From Candidatus Latescibacterota bacterium (GTDB taxonomy: Bacteria > Latescibacterota > UBA2968): a stretch of DNA of 64,000 nucleotides. The notes beneath the pieces are model-generated. The model was given only the letters and a program-made list of their open reading frames with translations, did no database searches and was not told the origin of the DNA. The translations under genes and the position numbers were made by a program. This document shows positions 48,634 through 58,799 of the stretch, piece by piece (position 1 is the first letter of the stretch; each line of letters opens with the position of its first letter). Location: NCBI GenBank assembly GCA_965204745.1, contig OZ242010.1, forward strand, positions 544,001 through 608,000, given 5' to 3'.

Positions 48634-48740
48634 GTTTCCTCCTGTGGTGAAAGAAAGCCCCCAACCCCGGTATTCGCTCTGCTCGGGGAATCGAGACAAC
48701 CAAAAGATGGCAGAATACCTCTGTCCCACCTCGGGAAGGG

Positions 48741-48824
48741 GTTATCATCGCTTCATCGCCGGCAAATCCACCTGACCACTGACCACTGACTACGTTATCA
48801 TCGCTTCATCGCTGGCAAATCCAC
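48741..48824. repeat. 31-bp direct repeat flanking a (CTGACYA)3 array
   Basis: 48741-48771 vs 48794-48824, 30/31 identical. Confidence 0.9.
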
Positions 48825-49850
48825 GCGCGCGCCGCGCACGGCAATGGCTTCCCGCGAAAGCCGCGCTATCGGGGCTTCGCCCTTGAGTACCCGTTCAAAA
48901 TCGTCGGCGATCACATGGGCGGCTTGCACGTTTGCGTCTTTTGTGCGCCCGGCAATGTGCGGGGTGTGTACCACGTTGACCCGATTTCGCAACAAATCGT
49001 CTGTGGGCACGGGTTCATTGTCGTACACGTCGAACGCGCCCGCGAGTTCATGGGCGATGATGCGCTCGCGCAAGGCGTCCATATCCACGGCATGCGCCCG
49101 CGTGGTAATCGCGACCAGCGCGCCCTTTTGCAACCGATAAATGCGTTCCCGCGACAGAATTTTCCTCGCCGACGGCGTCGGCGGGATGGTGACGATGACG
49201 ATCTCGCAGGCATCGACCAACGCATCCATTTCCACGCCTTCCACGCCGAGTTCGTCCAGCCGCGCTTTGGGGATGAACGGGTCGTAGCCGAGCACGCGCG
49301 CGCCGAGTGCGCCGCACCACTTTGCCACGCGCCCGCCGATTTGCCCCAGTCCCATGACGCCCACGGTTTTTGTGCCCAACGTGCCGTTGACAAAATCCGG
49401 GTGGTCGCAAAATTGCGCGTATTCAAAGTTCCACAGGCGTTCGCCCGCGGCCATGCGTTTGTGCCACTGGGGGATCATCCGCAGCGCGTTCAAGGTCAAC
49501 GCGAGGGTGACTTCTGCCACGGATTGTGCCCACGCCCGCGTGCCGTCGATCATGGGAATGTCGCGTTCAAACAGGGTATCGACCGGGCAACTGCGATGCC
49601 CCCAGTTGTCCAACACCGCGCCGATGGCCTTCAATTCCGGTGCTTTTGCCAAACACGCTTCGGTCAACACCCCGCCGAACAGCGCGATAGCCGAGACCCG
49701 CGACAAGTCCGTGACTTCTCCCAACGGCGCGCCGCGTTCCACCTGCACCACGCGCACCTCGTCCAATTCATGCAACCGCGCCATCAATGCCTCGGGCACA
49801 AAGGGCCACGTCCGCTCCAAATTTTCCGTCCGCGCAAATACAATCGCCAT
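48798..49850 (-). CDS. D-2-hydroxyacid dehydrogenase family protein
   Basis: SVAE, GLGQIG, YDP, DVYDNEP and TPHIAG motifs. Confidence 0.9.
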   Translation of the reverse strand: MAIVFARTENLERTWPFVPEALMARLHELDEVRVVQVERGAPLGEVTDLSRVSAIALFGGVLTEACLAKAPELKAIGAVLDNWGHRSCPVDTLFERDIPMIDGTRAWAQSVAEVTLALTLNALRMIPQWHKRMAAGERLWNFEYAQFCDHPDFVNGTLGTKTVGVMGLGQIGGRVAKWCGALGARVLGYDPFIPKARLDELGVEGVEMDALVDACEIVIVTIPPTPSARKILSRERIYRLQKGALVAITTRAHAVDMDALRERIIAHELAGAFDVYDNEPVPTDDLLRNRVNVVHTPHIAGRTKDANVQAAHVIADDFERVLKGEAPIARLSREAIAVRGARVDLPAMKR

Positions 49851-50035
49851 GTCGATCTCTCCTGTTAATGGATGTGTCATGCTGAGGCAACCGCCACACT
49901 GGCAAAGCCTCTCCTATACGCTACGCTCAGAATGACGAGGCAGTGCTTGCGAGATAATAACACGCCTTGCCCAGACAGACAAGAACCAAAACCACCGGGG
50001 GATATTATCTTTTTTCTGATTAAGGCAGGTGTCTG

Positions 50036-50384
50036 CTAGATCCTGCACGCGCCAATGCCTTTTAGCTCCAACGCATCTTTGAATCGCTTTTTGAGTTCGT
50101 TGAGGAGTCTTGGTACTTTTGCCAAGAAGGCAAAGCGAAAGGTCGTTTGCTCAACGGTTAGAAATTTGATTGGAAAGTTGCAGAAGTTGCTGTGTTTGCC
50201 GTTCTCTCAACTGTTCAATCAGTTCGTCAAACTTCTGAGAGGGCCTCTGAAAGTTGAATTTGTATTTTGCTCCCTCTTTCTTACCCTCCAAGCAATGTCG
50301 ATAGCGTAGGGCGCAGTTTTCAATCTGATTGGATTGCACCAATTGTGCAGTGTCGAATGGATGATATTTAGGTTCTGTTGACAT
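50036..50384 (-). pseudogene. cmr6: Internally deleted CRISPR type III-B Cmr6 relic
   Basis: N-terminal YHPFDT..ENCAL..RQ segment joined out of frame to PIKFLTVEQTTFRFAF...DALELKGIGA. Confidence 0.6.
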
Positions 50385-50477
50385 CTGGGATATCTTGATT
50401 TACTCTGTGTATGTCAAAACTTACTCTCTCCGAACCAATGGCCTAAAATTCTCGCATTCATCCGATCTAAGCATGGA

Positions 50478-50591
50478 CAGGTTGCCGTGATTCCGCCCCG
50501 GTCTGATCGCAAGACCCCGCGTGGCTATGATCACCACCGGTACCAGCAACGCAATTTGATTGAGCGGTTCAAAAAAAAAATGAAGCCGTAA
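50478..50591 (+). pseudogene. IS5-family transposase C-terminal fragment
   Basis: AVIPPRSDRKTPRGYDHHRYQQRNLIERF. Confidence 0.8.
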
Positions 50592-50689
50592 CTCAACCCC
50601 TAAGTTGTCAGTAGTCAGTTGTCAGTCCGCCCTGCCCTTCAACCCCTCAAGTGAGACGGGAGAGGGGAATGGCGAGAGGGTTTTTGGGG

Positions 50690-50947
50690 TTCATGGCGTG
50701 ATCCATTCGCCCAAAGCCATCAGAATAGCCCTGGATACAAACCTTCAAGAAAGCCATGCGCTCCCCCCTTTCCTTGTAGGCACAGGCGTAGCCTACAAGG
50801 AGCGAAGCGAATAACGGGGGCCGGGGGGATAGGTCGCATTTTCATGGCATTATCCATTCGCCCAAAGCCATCAGAACAAGCATAGATATAAGCCATCAAA
50901 GGAACGCTACTCCCCTTTCCTCGTAGGAAAGGGGCCGGGGGATAGGG
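50690..50947. repeat. Diverged ~150-bp tandem duplication with REP-like hairpins
   Basis: TTCATGGC..ATCCATTCGCCCAAAGCCATCAGAA...CCCCTTTCCT.GTAGG...GGGGCCGGGGGATAGG present twice. Confidence 0.7.
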
Positions 50948-51275
50948 CTATGGCGGCAGGGCGTGCGAAGGACACTGCGGAGTGGGAACGATGAAGCGGC
51001 GGCAGGGCGGTGTGGGGTAATCCGCGTAATCTGCGTAATCCGTTTAATCCGCGATTCAGACACGGCGGGGTGAGGACGGGACAGGCACGCATTTGGAGGC
51101 TTCGGATCTGATTTTGGTGATTGTGCCGGCTTATGCCCACGAACCGTTTGCCCTCGTCTGCGCGTCGCATCTCAAGACCGAACATACGGTTGTGCTTTGG
51201 CGTTGACAACTGACCGCTAATAGCGTCTTGTCTCCCCTCTTGCCTCTCCCCTCTCCCCTCTCACGGAGGTTTATC

Positions 51276-52106
51276 ATGATTATTGATCCCCATCTCCACG
51301 TCTGGAGCGATGACGCAAAGACCTATCCCTTTTGCGCGAGCCGGCCCAACCAGCCGGGGTCGGTTGAACTTTTGTTCGACACGATGGCGGAAGCAGGGGT
51401 GGAAAAAGCCGTTATCGTCCAACCCATCCACTACCTTTTTGACAATCGCTATGTTGCCGATTGTCTCAAGCGGTATCCGGACAAACTCGCGGCGCAAGCA
51501 CTCGTCGATCCCACATCACCCGATGCCGCAGATGAACTGGAGCGTTTGCACAGGGAAGAAGGGTTTGGCGGCATGCGGATTCACCTGTCGCGCTACGGGG
51601 ATCCGGCCGGTCTCGCGGCACACGACAAAGACGCGCTTTGGGCACGCGCTCGGGATCTCGGGCTGTGTTTTAATCTGTTTGGCAATGCCGAGGATCACCC
51701 GGCCATCGAACCCATGATCGCGCGATTTCCCGAGGTCAATGTCGTGGTCGATCACCTTGCGGGCATTCCGGCTGACGAACCGGATCCCAAGCCCTTGCTC
51801 GCCAATTTGCTCAACTGGGCGCGTTATCCCAATGTGCATATCAAAATTTCCAATGTGGGGCAACGATCCAACGCACCCTATCCGCACCGCGATACCCATG
51901 ACATGATCAAACGCATTTACGATGTCTATGGCGCGGAACGCCTGATGTGGGGCACGGATTTTCCCCATGTGCTCAAGGGCTGCGGGTACGGGGAATCGCT
52001 GGACTTGATCCGCAACCACATGTTCTTCACCGCCGAGGATCTCGACTGGATTCTGTGCAAAACAATTCGCAAACTCTGGTCTTTTGACGAGCGCGGATCC
52101 GACTAA
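51276..52106 (+). CDS. Amidohydrolase_2 family protein
   Basis: IDPHLHVW, VVDHLAG, HIKIS and LMWGTDFP motifs. Confidence 0.9.
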   Translation: MIIDPHLHVWSDDAKTYPFCASRPNQPGSVELLFDTMAEAGVEKAVIVQPIHYLFDNRYVADCLKRYPDKLAAQALVDPTSPDAADELERLHREEGFGGMRIHLSRYGDPAGLAAHDKDALWARARDLGLCFNLFGNAEDHPAIEPMIARFPEVNVVVDHLAGIPADEPDPKPLLANLLNWARYPNVHIKISNVGQRSNAPYPHRDTHDMIKRIYDVYGAERLMWGTDFPHVLKGCGYGESLDLIRNHMFFTAEDLDWILCKTIRKLWSFDERGSD

Positions 52107-52186
52107 AAAGAGCCATAACAGATGTTGTTATGGCTATGCTTCCCCGACCCCTCCCTGCAATGGGGAGGGGCGTTTTTATTTTTTAT

Positions 52187-53560
52187 TTATCTGGCTAAAA
52201 TTCGATCTGCGGTGTCGATGGCTTGGGCGATGCAGTCGGGAATTGCGGAGCCGCGGTAGGCACTGCCGGTCACGTATAGATCGCCCACTCGTTCGGCGAG
52301 GTGTTCTATTTTCGCCACGCGGTTTAGATGCCCCACATCGAATTGGGGGCGCCCCTGGGGCCAGCGAAAAATGCGTGTGAACAGGGGATTGGCCGCGAGG
52401 CCCATCAAGTCTTTCAATTCCTCGCGGGATTGGGCGATCAGGGTTTCGTCGTCCAACTCGATCCATTCCTCGCGGCCTGTGCCCCCCACAAATGTACGCA
52501 CCAAAACGCCGTCTTCGGGCGCACGGTGATTCAGTTTTGTCGAAACCCAAGTGCAAGCCGCGATCCGACGGCCCTCGCGCCGTGGGGATAAAAAACCAAA
52601 GCCCTCAAAATCGTGTTGCGATGCGACATCGGCCTTGCGGTACGCCAGTGAAATCGTGCCCGTCGAAACATAGCGAATCTCGCGCAGCGCATAGCTCAAC
52701 TCGGGCGCGAAATTAGCCACCAGTTCCGCGGTGACATACGCGGGCGTCGCCAGAACCACAGCGTCTGTCTCGATCACCTGATCGCCTGCGACCACCTCAA
52801 ACCCACCCCTTGTTTTTCGCACCGCAGCGACGCCGACGCCCGCGTGCAAGGCCCCAGTTAGATGCTCGGTCAATGTCTCGACCAGCTCGCCCAATCCGCC
52901 GATCAATGTGTAAAACATGGCGGACGAAGACGGGCGATTTTTTTTTGTCGCCCGCACGCCTTTGATCAAGCTGCCATAGCGTTGCTCCAGCGCGACGTAC
53001 ATGGGAAACGCGCTTTGCATGCTCAATCGCTCTGCGTCCGCGCTGTGAATGCCCGCCAGCATGGCCCCGCCAACGCGAACCGCTTCCTCGCCCAATCGCC
53101 TGCGAATAAAACTGGCGAGGCTTTCATCGCGCTCGTCTTTCCGCTTGGGGATGACCAGATCCAAGCCCATTCTGACTTTGCCAAAAAGCGAAAACATCGG
53201 CGAGGTGACCAGGGGCCAGAACTTGGATGGCACGAGTGAAAAATCTTCCGGGAAGGGCACGAGTTTGCCGTCTTGCACCAAGAACGTGCGCTGGCGATCC
53301 CGGTTTGGCGAAATCAATCGCGCGCCCAATCCCAGGTCTTTGCACAACCGAATGCCCGCGGGTTTTTGCGCGAGCAACAGGTCCGCGCCGCCTTCGATCA
53401 AAAAGCCATCCACGGATTGCGTGGCGATTTGCCCGCCCCATCGCCCATCGCGCTCCAATACCGCGTACTGGATTTCACGGCGCGATTCTTTTGATTTTTT
53501 TTCCAGATAAAAAGCGGTCGCAAGTCCCGCAATGCCACCGCCGATAATTGTTATGTGCAT
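52187..53560 (-). CDS. hemY: Proto/coproporphyrinogen oxidase, HemY type
   Basis: IIGGGIAGL FAD motif, GFGFL, PQFDVGH and YRGSAIPDCI motifs. Confidence 0.92.
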   Translation of the reverse strand: MHITIIGGGIAGLATAFYLEKKSKESRREIQYAVLERDGRWGGQIATQSVDGFLIEGGADLLLAQKPAGIRLCKDLGLGARLISPNRDRQRTFLVQDGKLVPFPEDFSLVPSKFWPLVTSPMFSLFGKVRMGLDLVIPKRKDERDESLASFIRRRLGEEAVRVGGAMLAGIHSADAERLSMQSAFPMYVALEQRYGSLIKGVRATKKNRPSSSAMFYTLIGGLGELVETLTEHLTGALHAGVGVAAVRKTRGGFEVVAGDQVIETDAVVLATPAYVTAELVANFAPELSYALREIRYVSTGTISLAYRKADVASQHDFEGFGFLSPRREGRRIAACTWVSTKLNHRAPEDGVLVRTFVGGTGREEWIELDDETLIAQSREELKDLMGLAANPLFTRIFRWPQGRPQFDVGHLNRVAKIEHLAERVGDLYVTGSAYRGSAIPDCIAQAIDTADRILAR

Positions 53561-53569
53561 AGAGGCTTC

Positions 53570-54481
53570 CTAAATCCTCTCCTCTATCGCGTCGGCGATT
53601 GATTCGATGAATAGGGGGTCGCTGTTCATCATCTCGGTGCGTGCGAGGTGAATGCCGTGTTGTCGGGCGATTTTTTGGCAACCGATGTCGATGTCGTAAA
53701 GTACTTCCACGTGGTCGCACACGAAACCGATAGGCGCGACGAGGACATGGCGATAGTTGCCGTGGGCGAGCGCGGGAATGACGTCTTCGATCTGCGGGCC
53801 GAGCCAGGGTTCGCCCGTGGTTGCGGCACTTTGATAGGCAAACATCCAATCCACAGGCCCCAGTTGTTCGGCGATAGCATGGGCGTTGCGTTTTAATTCC
53901 TCGTCGTAGGGGTCGCCCATTTGCAGCAGCCGGGCGGGCAAGCTGTGCGCGGTAAAAACGAGTTTTGCTTTTTGGCGCACGTCTTCGGAAAATTGTGCGA
54001 AGCCCGCTTTGACGGTTGCCACCTGTGCGTGGCGCAAACGGCGTTGGTCGCACCATGAATCGATGTAGGCAAAGGCAATCGCGCTGTCCACGGCTTCGCG
54101 CACTGCGCTGTGATAACGCCCGATGCTCAGGCGCGAGTAGTGCGGCGCCATCACCAGGGCGACGGCTTTTTCAATGCCATCTGCCCGCATTTTTGCTACG
54201 GCATCTGCAATCCGCGGTTGCCAGTGGCGCATGCCCACGTACGCTTTGGCATTTCGCCCGCGCTTTTTCAATGCGGCTTCGACATGTGCGGCCTGCTCAA
54301 AGGTGCGATCATTCAGGGGCGACCTGCCGCCGATTTGCGCGTAGCGGTCGCGAAATTCCGCTACAAATTCTGGCGACATGGGCCTGCCCCCGCGGATATC
54401 GCTCAAATAGGCCGGCATGTCGTCGAGGGAATCCGGGCTGCCGTAGGCCATGATCAGCACGCCAATGGGGTTCTCGGCCAT
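53570..54481 (-). CDS. hemH: Ferrochelatase
   Basis: MAYGSP, GGRSPL, FTAHSLP, WLGP and GFVCDHVEVLYDID motifs; TGATG overlap with hemE. Confidence 0.95.
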   Translation of the reverse strand: MAENPIGVLIMAYGSPDSLDDMPAYLSDIRGGRPMSPEFVAEFRDRYAQIGGRSPLNDRTFEQAAHVEAALKKRGRNAKAYVGMRHWQPRIADAVAKMRADGIEKAVALVMAPHYSRLSIGRYHSAVREAVDSAIAFAYIDSWCDQRRLRHAQVATVKAGFAQFSEDVRQKAKLVFTAHSLPARLLQMGDPYDEELKRNAHAIAEQLGPVDWMFAYQSAATTGEPWLGPQIEDVIPALAHGNYRHVLVAPIGFVCDHVEVLYDIDIGCQKIARQHGIHLARTEMMNSDPLFIESIADAIEERI

Positions 54482-55515
54482 CAAGTGACGCTCGTGTAGG
54501 TGTGGACAAAGTCGATCAATTTCCGCACGTTCTCCACAGGGGTGCGCGGCAAAATCCCGTGGCCCAAGTTAAAAATGTGCCCGCGCCTGCCCCGCACGGA
54601 ATCGAGCACGCGCCGCGCCTGTCGCTCGATTTCTTCAAAAGGCGCGAACAGCGCAACCGGGTCCAAATTGCCCTGCACGCCGACCTTGTCGCCCAAGCGA
54701 TCCCACGCGACATCGAGATCGACGCGCCAATCGACGCCGATGACATCGCCCCCGGCTTCTTTCAACAATTCGAGGAGGCCCGCGGTGCCGGTGCCAAAGT
54801 GGATCAGCGGGGCGTCTGTGTTTTGTTTGACCAGCGCGATGGCTTTTTGCGAATGGGGCAAGGCGTATTCGCGGTAATCGGCGGGGCTCAACGCGCCGAC
54901 CCAACTGTCAAACACCTGCAAGGCTTGGGCGCCTGCATCGGCTTGCGCGAGCAGGGAATCGGCGATAGCCGAGGCCATGAGATCCATCAGGCGATGCCAT
55001 TGTTTTGGATCGCCGTACATCAACCCCTTGGCGATTTCGTAATTGCGCGACGAACCGCCTTCTATCGCATAGCAGACCAGGGTGAAGGGCGCGCCCGCAA
55101 AGCCGATGAGGGGTACGCGGCCCTCGAGTTCTGCGATAGTCGTCCGAATGGCGTCGCCGGTGTAGGGCATGGCTTCTTCCGCGGGTTTTGCGGTCAACGC
55201 ATCGATGTCTGCCCGCGTGCGAATGGGGTTGTGGATGACCGGCCCCGCGCCTTTGACGTAGTCCAGTTCCAAACCCATGGCTTCGAGAATGGGCAACAAA
55301 TCTTGAAAAATGATCGCCGCGTCCACGTCGTAGGCGTTCACCGGTTGCATGGTAATGGCCGCGGCCACCTCGGGCGTTTTCACCATGTCGAGAAAATCGT
55401 AGCGGTTGCGATACGTCCAATACGCCTTCATATACCGCCCGGCCTGGCGCATGAACCACACGGGCGTGGCATCCACGGATTCCCGACGACACGCTTTCAA
55501 AAAACGATCTGACAC
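54481..55515 (-). CDS. hemE: Uroporphyrinogen decarboxylase
   Basis: PVWFMRQAGRY, IGFAGAPFTL, QGNLDP and FNLGHG motifs; start uncertain. Confidence 0.96.
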   Translation of the reverse strand: MSDRFLKACRRESVDATPVWFMRQAGRYMKAYWTYRNRYDFLDMVKTPEVAAAITMQPVNAYDVDAAIIFQDLLPILEAMGLELDYVKGAGPVIHNPIRTRADIDALTAKPAEEAMPYTGDAIRTTIAELEGRVPLIGFAGAPFTLVCYAIEGGSSRNYEIAKGLMYGDPKQWHRLMDLMASAIADSLLAQADAGAQALQVFDSWVGALSPADYREYALPHSQKAIALVKQNTDAPLIHFGTGTAGLLELLKEAGGDVIGVDWRVDLDVAWDRLGDKVGVQGNLDPVALFAPFEEIERQARRVLDSVRGRRGHIFNLGHGILPRTPVENVRKLIDFVHTYTSVT

Positions 55516-55528
55516 GCAATACGTCCTT

Positions 55529-56305
55529 TCACCTTCCAATAATCACCCCATGGGGATCGACCTCGTCGCGCAAAACGCGCAATTCCTCTGTCTCGGGCGG
55601 CACGGTTTCTCTGACGTGGACGATCCGCCCCAAGTCAAACCCGGTGTTTTCCCGCACGCGGTCAAAGGTCACGCCGGGATGCAGACTTTCGACCTGCATG
55701 CGACAGGTCGTTTCCGAAAAACTCAGCACTGCCAAGTCCGTAATCACGCGATACGGCCCGCCGCCTTTGGGCAACCCGGCCGCTTCTCGCGCACCCGGCC
55801 CGGTGAGATAACCTGGCGTGGTCAAAAAATCCACCTTTTCCACAAAGCGACGGCGGTCGTGGTGCGTGATGATGAGGGTGCGCCAGCAAAAACTCGCAAA
55901 ATCATTGGCGCCGCCACTGCCCGGAAACCGCACGCTCGGCTCGTGGTACTCGCCGATGACCGTGGAATTTAAGTTGCCATAAGCGTCGATTTGCGCGCCG
56001 CCCAAGAAGGCGTAGTCCATCACCCCGCGCTGACAGGCTTCCATGATGTCGCACATGCTCGTCGCCATCAGGGCGCGATGCGTGGTGCGCGAATCGCCCA
56101 CGGAAATCGGCATGGCGGGCAACACCGGGGCCAACCCACCCGCTTCAAACGCCACCAACAACCCCGGCGCGTGCGTCTTTTGCGCCAGCATCGCCGCCGC
56201 ACACGGCGCGCCCGTGCCAACGCCGACCGTCGCGCCATCTTCCAACAACCGAGACGCCACACAAATCATCAGTTCCATTGCGTTGTACATCGGTCTATCC
56301 GTCAA
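55529..56305 (-). CDS. CoA-transferase beta subunit (GctB-like)
   Basis: VGTG, FEAG, FLGGAQIDAYGNLN and PGSGGAND motifs; start uncertain. Confidence 0.9.
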   Translation of the reverse strand: MTDRPMYNAMELMICVASRLLEDGATVGVGTGAPCAAAMLAQKTHAPGLLVAFEAGGLAPVLPAMPISVGDSRTTHRALMATSMCDIMEACQRGVMDYAFLGGAQIDAYGNLNSTVIGEYHEPSVRFPGSGGANDFASFCWRTLIITHHDRRRFVEKVDFLTTPGYLTGPGAREAAGLPKGGGPYRVITDLAVLSFSETTCRMQVESLHPGVTFDRVRENTGFDLGRIVHVRETVPPETEELRVLRDEVDPHGVIIGR

Positions 56306-56559
56306 AGTCGAACTCCGAACACATTGAATAATGTTCACTTTCCCGTGGAATATCGAGATCGTCGTATTTCATGAAAACTCCTTATTCTCGCTTTTGTTGC
56401 ATCGTATTCACTGCCGTTCCGCAGTTCAAAGAAGCCATCCCAACAAGTGCCATCACAACAGACCATCAGCTAAAGCCATCACGCACAGCGCGCAAGTCCG
56501 TCTCGCAACCAACATCCATGTTGCAACCCACTTTGCAGGCTGGCGCATATCGTTCTGTT

Positions 56560-56731
56560 ACAAAAGCGCTTTGCGCTGTGCAAGCCCCTCGGCGTTTGAG
56601 AGCGGCATTTTTTGCCTACTTTTTTTTGCTGTTGAAAAAAAGTAGGTCGCCGAAGGCATCAAAGGCAACCAACGAGGCTGTAGGACCAAACGCCTTAAAT
56701 CAGCAAGCACCACAAATGTCAACACAACCTA
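56560..56731. repeat. MITE/REP-like element between the CoA-transferase subunits
   Basis: Hairpin CCTACTTTTTTT..AAAAAAAGTAGG; end AAATGTCAACACAACCTA resembles 18808 and 22884; left boundary approximate. Confidence 0.55.
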
Positions 56732-57796
56732 GTAATCCCCATTCTCCAGCCTTTGCAACGCTGTTAGGCGAGGTTTGCCGCCGCAGATCTTGAGGTAGGT
56801 TTCAAAACGATCTGTGCCATAGAGGTATTTGTTCAGGAATGCGCGATAGGTGTCGGGGGCGCGCTCGGCGTCTAGCCACGCCTTGAGGTGCGCTTCGTCA
56901 GAGGCGTATTCGCCTGCCATGTTGCCGGGATACGACCCCCAGGGGACGTGGCACACGGCATTGACGCAAAATGCGGGGATCGCGGTCGCATTGGGGTCGC
57001 GGCGGATCTCATCGGTGCTCACAACGCGCTCGGCGCTCACAATCACATGTTTGGCTGCGCGGGGCAAATCCCAATCGGCAACCGTGATGCCCCGAATGCG
57101 GCAATTGCCGCGTCTGTCGCTCTCGTGTACGTGGATCAGTGCCACGTCGGGGTACAGCGCGGGCACGGCGACGAGGGGTTTGCCGGTGAAGGGACATTCG
57201 ATTTTTTTGGCTGCACTCTCGTCGAACGTATCCGTGCCCAGCATGCTGCGAATCGGCAAAAAAGGCACGCCGGTTGCAGCGGCCCGAAACCGACAGGCCA
57301 GCGCGTAATTCGTCCACTCGCACACCGCAACCGCGCCGCTCTCCATTAATCGCCGCGCCTGTGCGGACAACCCGCGCGCTTCCAAGCCCACAATATAGGC
57401 CGCATCTACCCGCGATAAAATTTGTTTTCCACTGCGCGTCCCGGCTGCCAAAATCTGAAAGTCGTGGGTGGTGGTATGACCGGCAAATCCCAGGTTCACG
57501 CGCTCTTGCCGCACAATCTCGTGCAACAACGCGGTGGCGATGCGGTTGCCGCCAAATCCGCCAGACGCCACATAGTCGCCATCGTGGACAAACTGGGCAA
57601 TGGCATCGGAGACAGACATCAACTTGTCGGTCAACGCGCCCTTTTTTTGCCGGAAAAACGCCCGTGCAATGTCGGGATCGGGATCGGTGAACAGAGGGCC
57701 TCTGCCCTTACCTCTTGCCTCTTGCCTCTCGCCTCTTGCTTCGTCGGGATCGGTGAACAGGGGGCCTCGGCCGGTGTTTTCGGAGTTTGTCATCAT
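56729..57796 (-). CDS. CoA-transferase alpha subunit (GctA-like) with an in-frame repeat insertion near the N-terminus
   Basis: KLMSVSDAI..VHDGD, AAATGVPFLP, PDVALIHV and GSYP motifs. Confidence 0.9.
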   Translation of the reverse strand: MMTNSENTGRGPLFTDPDEARGERQEARGKGRGPLFTDPDPDIARAFFRQKKGALTDKLMSVSDAIAQFVHDGDYVASGGFGGNRIATALLHEIVRQERVNLGFAGHTTTHDFQILAAGTRSGKQILSRVDAAYIVGLEARGLSAQARRLMESGAVAVCEWTNYALACRFRAAATGVPFLPIRSMLGTDTFDESAAKKIECPFTGKPLVAVPALYPDVALIHVHESDRRGNCRIRGITVADWDLPRAAKHVIVSAERVVSTDEIRRDPNATAIPAFCVNAVCHVPWGSYPGNMAGEYASDEAHLKAWLDAERAPDTYRAFLNKYLYGTDRFETYLKICGGKPRLTALQRLENGDY

Positions 57797-57810
57797 TTTG
57801 CAGTCTCACT

Positions 57811-58617
57811 TCACAACGCGGTCCAACCGCCATCCACCAGCAAGGTATGCCCCGTGATGAGATCGGCAGCAGGGCTGGCTAAGAACACCACGGCGCCCAC
57901 CACATCTTCGGGCCGTCCAACGCGGCCGAGGGGGATGCGGGAAAGCACGTCTTCGCGCAAGTGGGCATCGTCAAATGTCGATTGGGTCAACGGGGTCAAA
58001 ATAAATGTCGGCCCCACGGCATTGACCGTAATCCGATGGGGCGCCCACTCCACTGCCAACACGCGCGTCAGGTTGACGACACCGGCTTTGCTCGCACAAT
58101 ACGCCGCGCGTTTGTAATAGCCCACCACGCCGTTTTGCGATGCGATGTTGACGATTTTTCCACCCCCCGTTTCGACCATGGATCGCGCCGCGCATTGAGA
58201 CATAAAGAACAGGCCCTTTAGGTTCACGTCCAGCACCGCGTCCCAATCGGCTTCTGTGACGTCGAGTGCGTCTTTGGGGATGTTGATCCCCGCATTGTTC
58301 ACCAGCACGTCGATTCGCCCGTACGCGTCTAACACGCGGCGAACCACCGAGTCGATAGCCGCGAGATTCGGCAGGTGCAAGGGCAAGGGCAATGCCCGGC
58401 GTCCCAGATTTTCAATCGCTTCGCACACCCCGTCCAACGCATCGATCTTTTGCGGCACTTCGCACACGGTCACATCTGCGCCCGCCTCGGCCACTGCCAG
58501 CGCGATGGCCCGCCCAATGCCCGATCCGCCGCCGGTTACCAATACCACGTTGTCATCCAATCGCATGCTGGGCAAGACCATTGCGGCACTCCTCTGATAT
58601 CTTTCGGCGAGGGACAT
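57811..58617 (-). CDS. SDR-family oxidoreductase
   Basis: TGGGSGIG, NNAG and YCASK motifs. Confidence 0.93.
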   Translation of the reverse strand: MSLAERYQRSAAMVLPSMRLDDNVVLVTGGGSGIGRAIALAVAEAGADVTVCEVPQKIDALDGVCEAIENLGRRALPLPLHLPNLAAIDSVVRRVLDAYGRIDVLVNNAGINIPKDALDVTEADWDAVLDVNLKGLFFMSQCAARSMVETGGGKIVNIASQNGVVGYYKRAAYCASKAGVVNLTRVLAVEWAPHRITVNAVGPTFILTPLTQSTFDDAHLREDVLSRIPLGRVGRPEDVVGAVVFLASPAADLITGHTLLVDGGWTAL

Positions 58618-58799
58618 AGTCACTGCTCGCCTTTGAACGGGTTGTCGCCAGTTGTACCCCGCCCGTGGCTAAAATCCCTCTTGCGTCTTGCCTCTTGCGT
58701 CTTACCTCTTACCTCTTGCGTCTCGCGTCTTACCTCTTGCCTCTTACCTCTCCCGCCTTTCACCTCTTGCCTCTTCCCTCTTGTATCTTGGGCTCAAGG

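Noticed and set aside
56300-56385. AAGGAG plus MKYDDLDIPRE, resembling the start of a nucleotidyltransferase antitoxin
   Set aside because: Only about 11 residues of resemblance, with no GS/DxD motif or HEPN partner.
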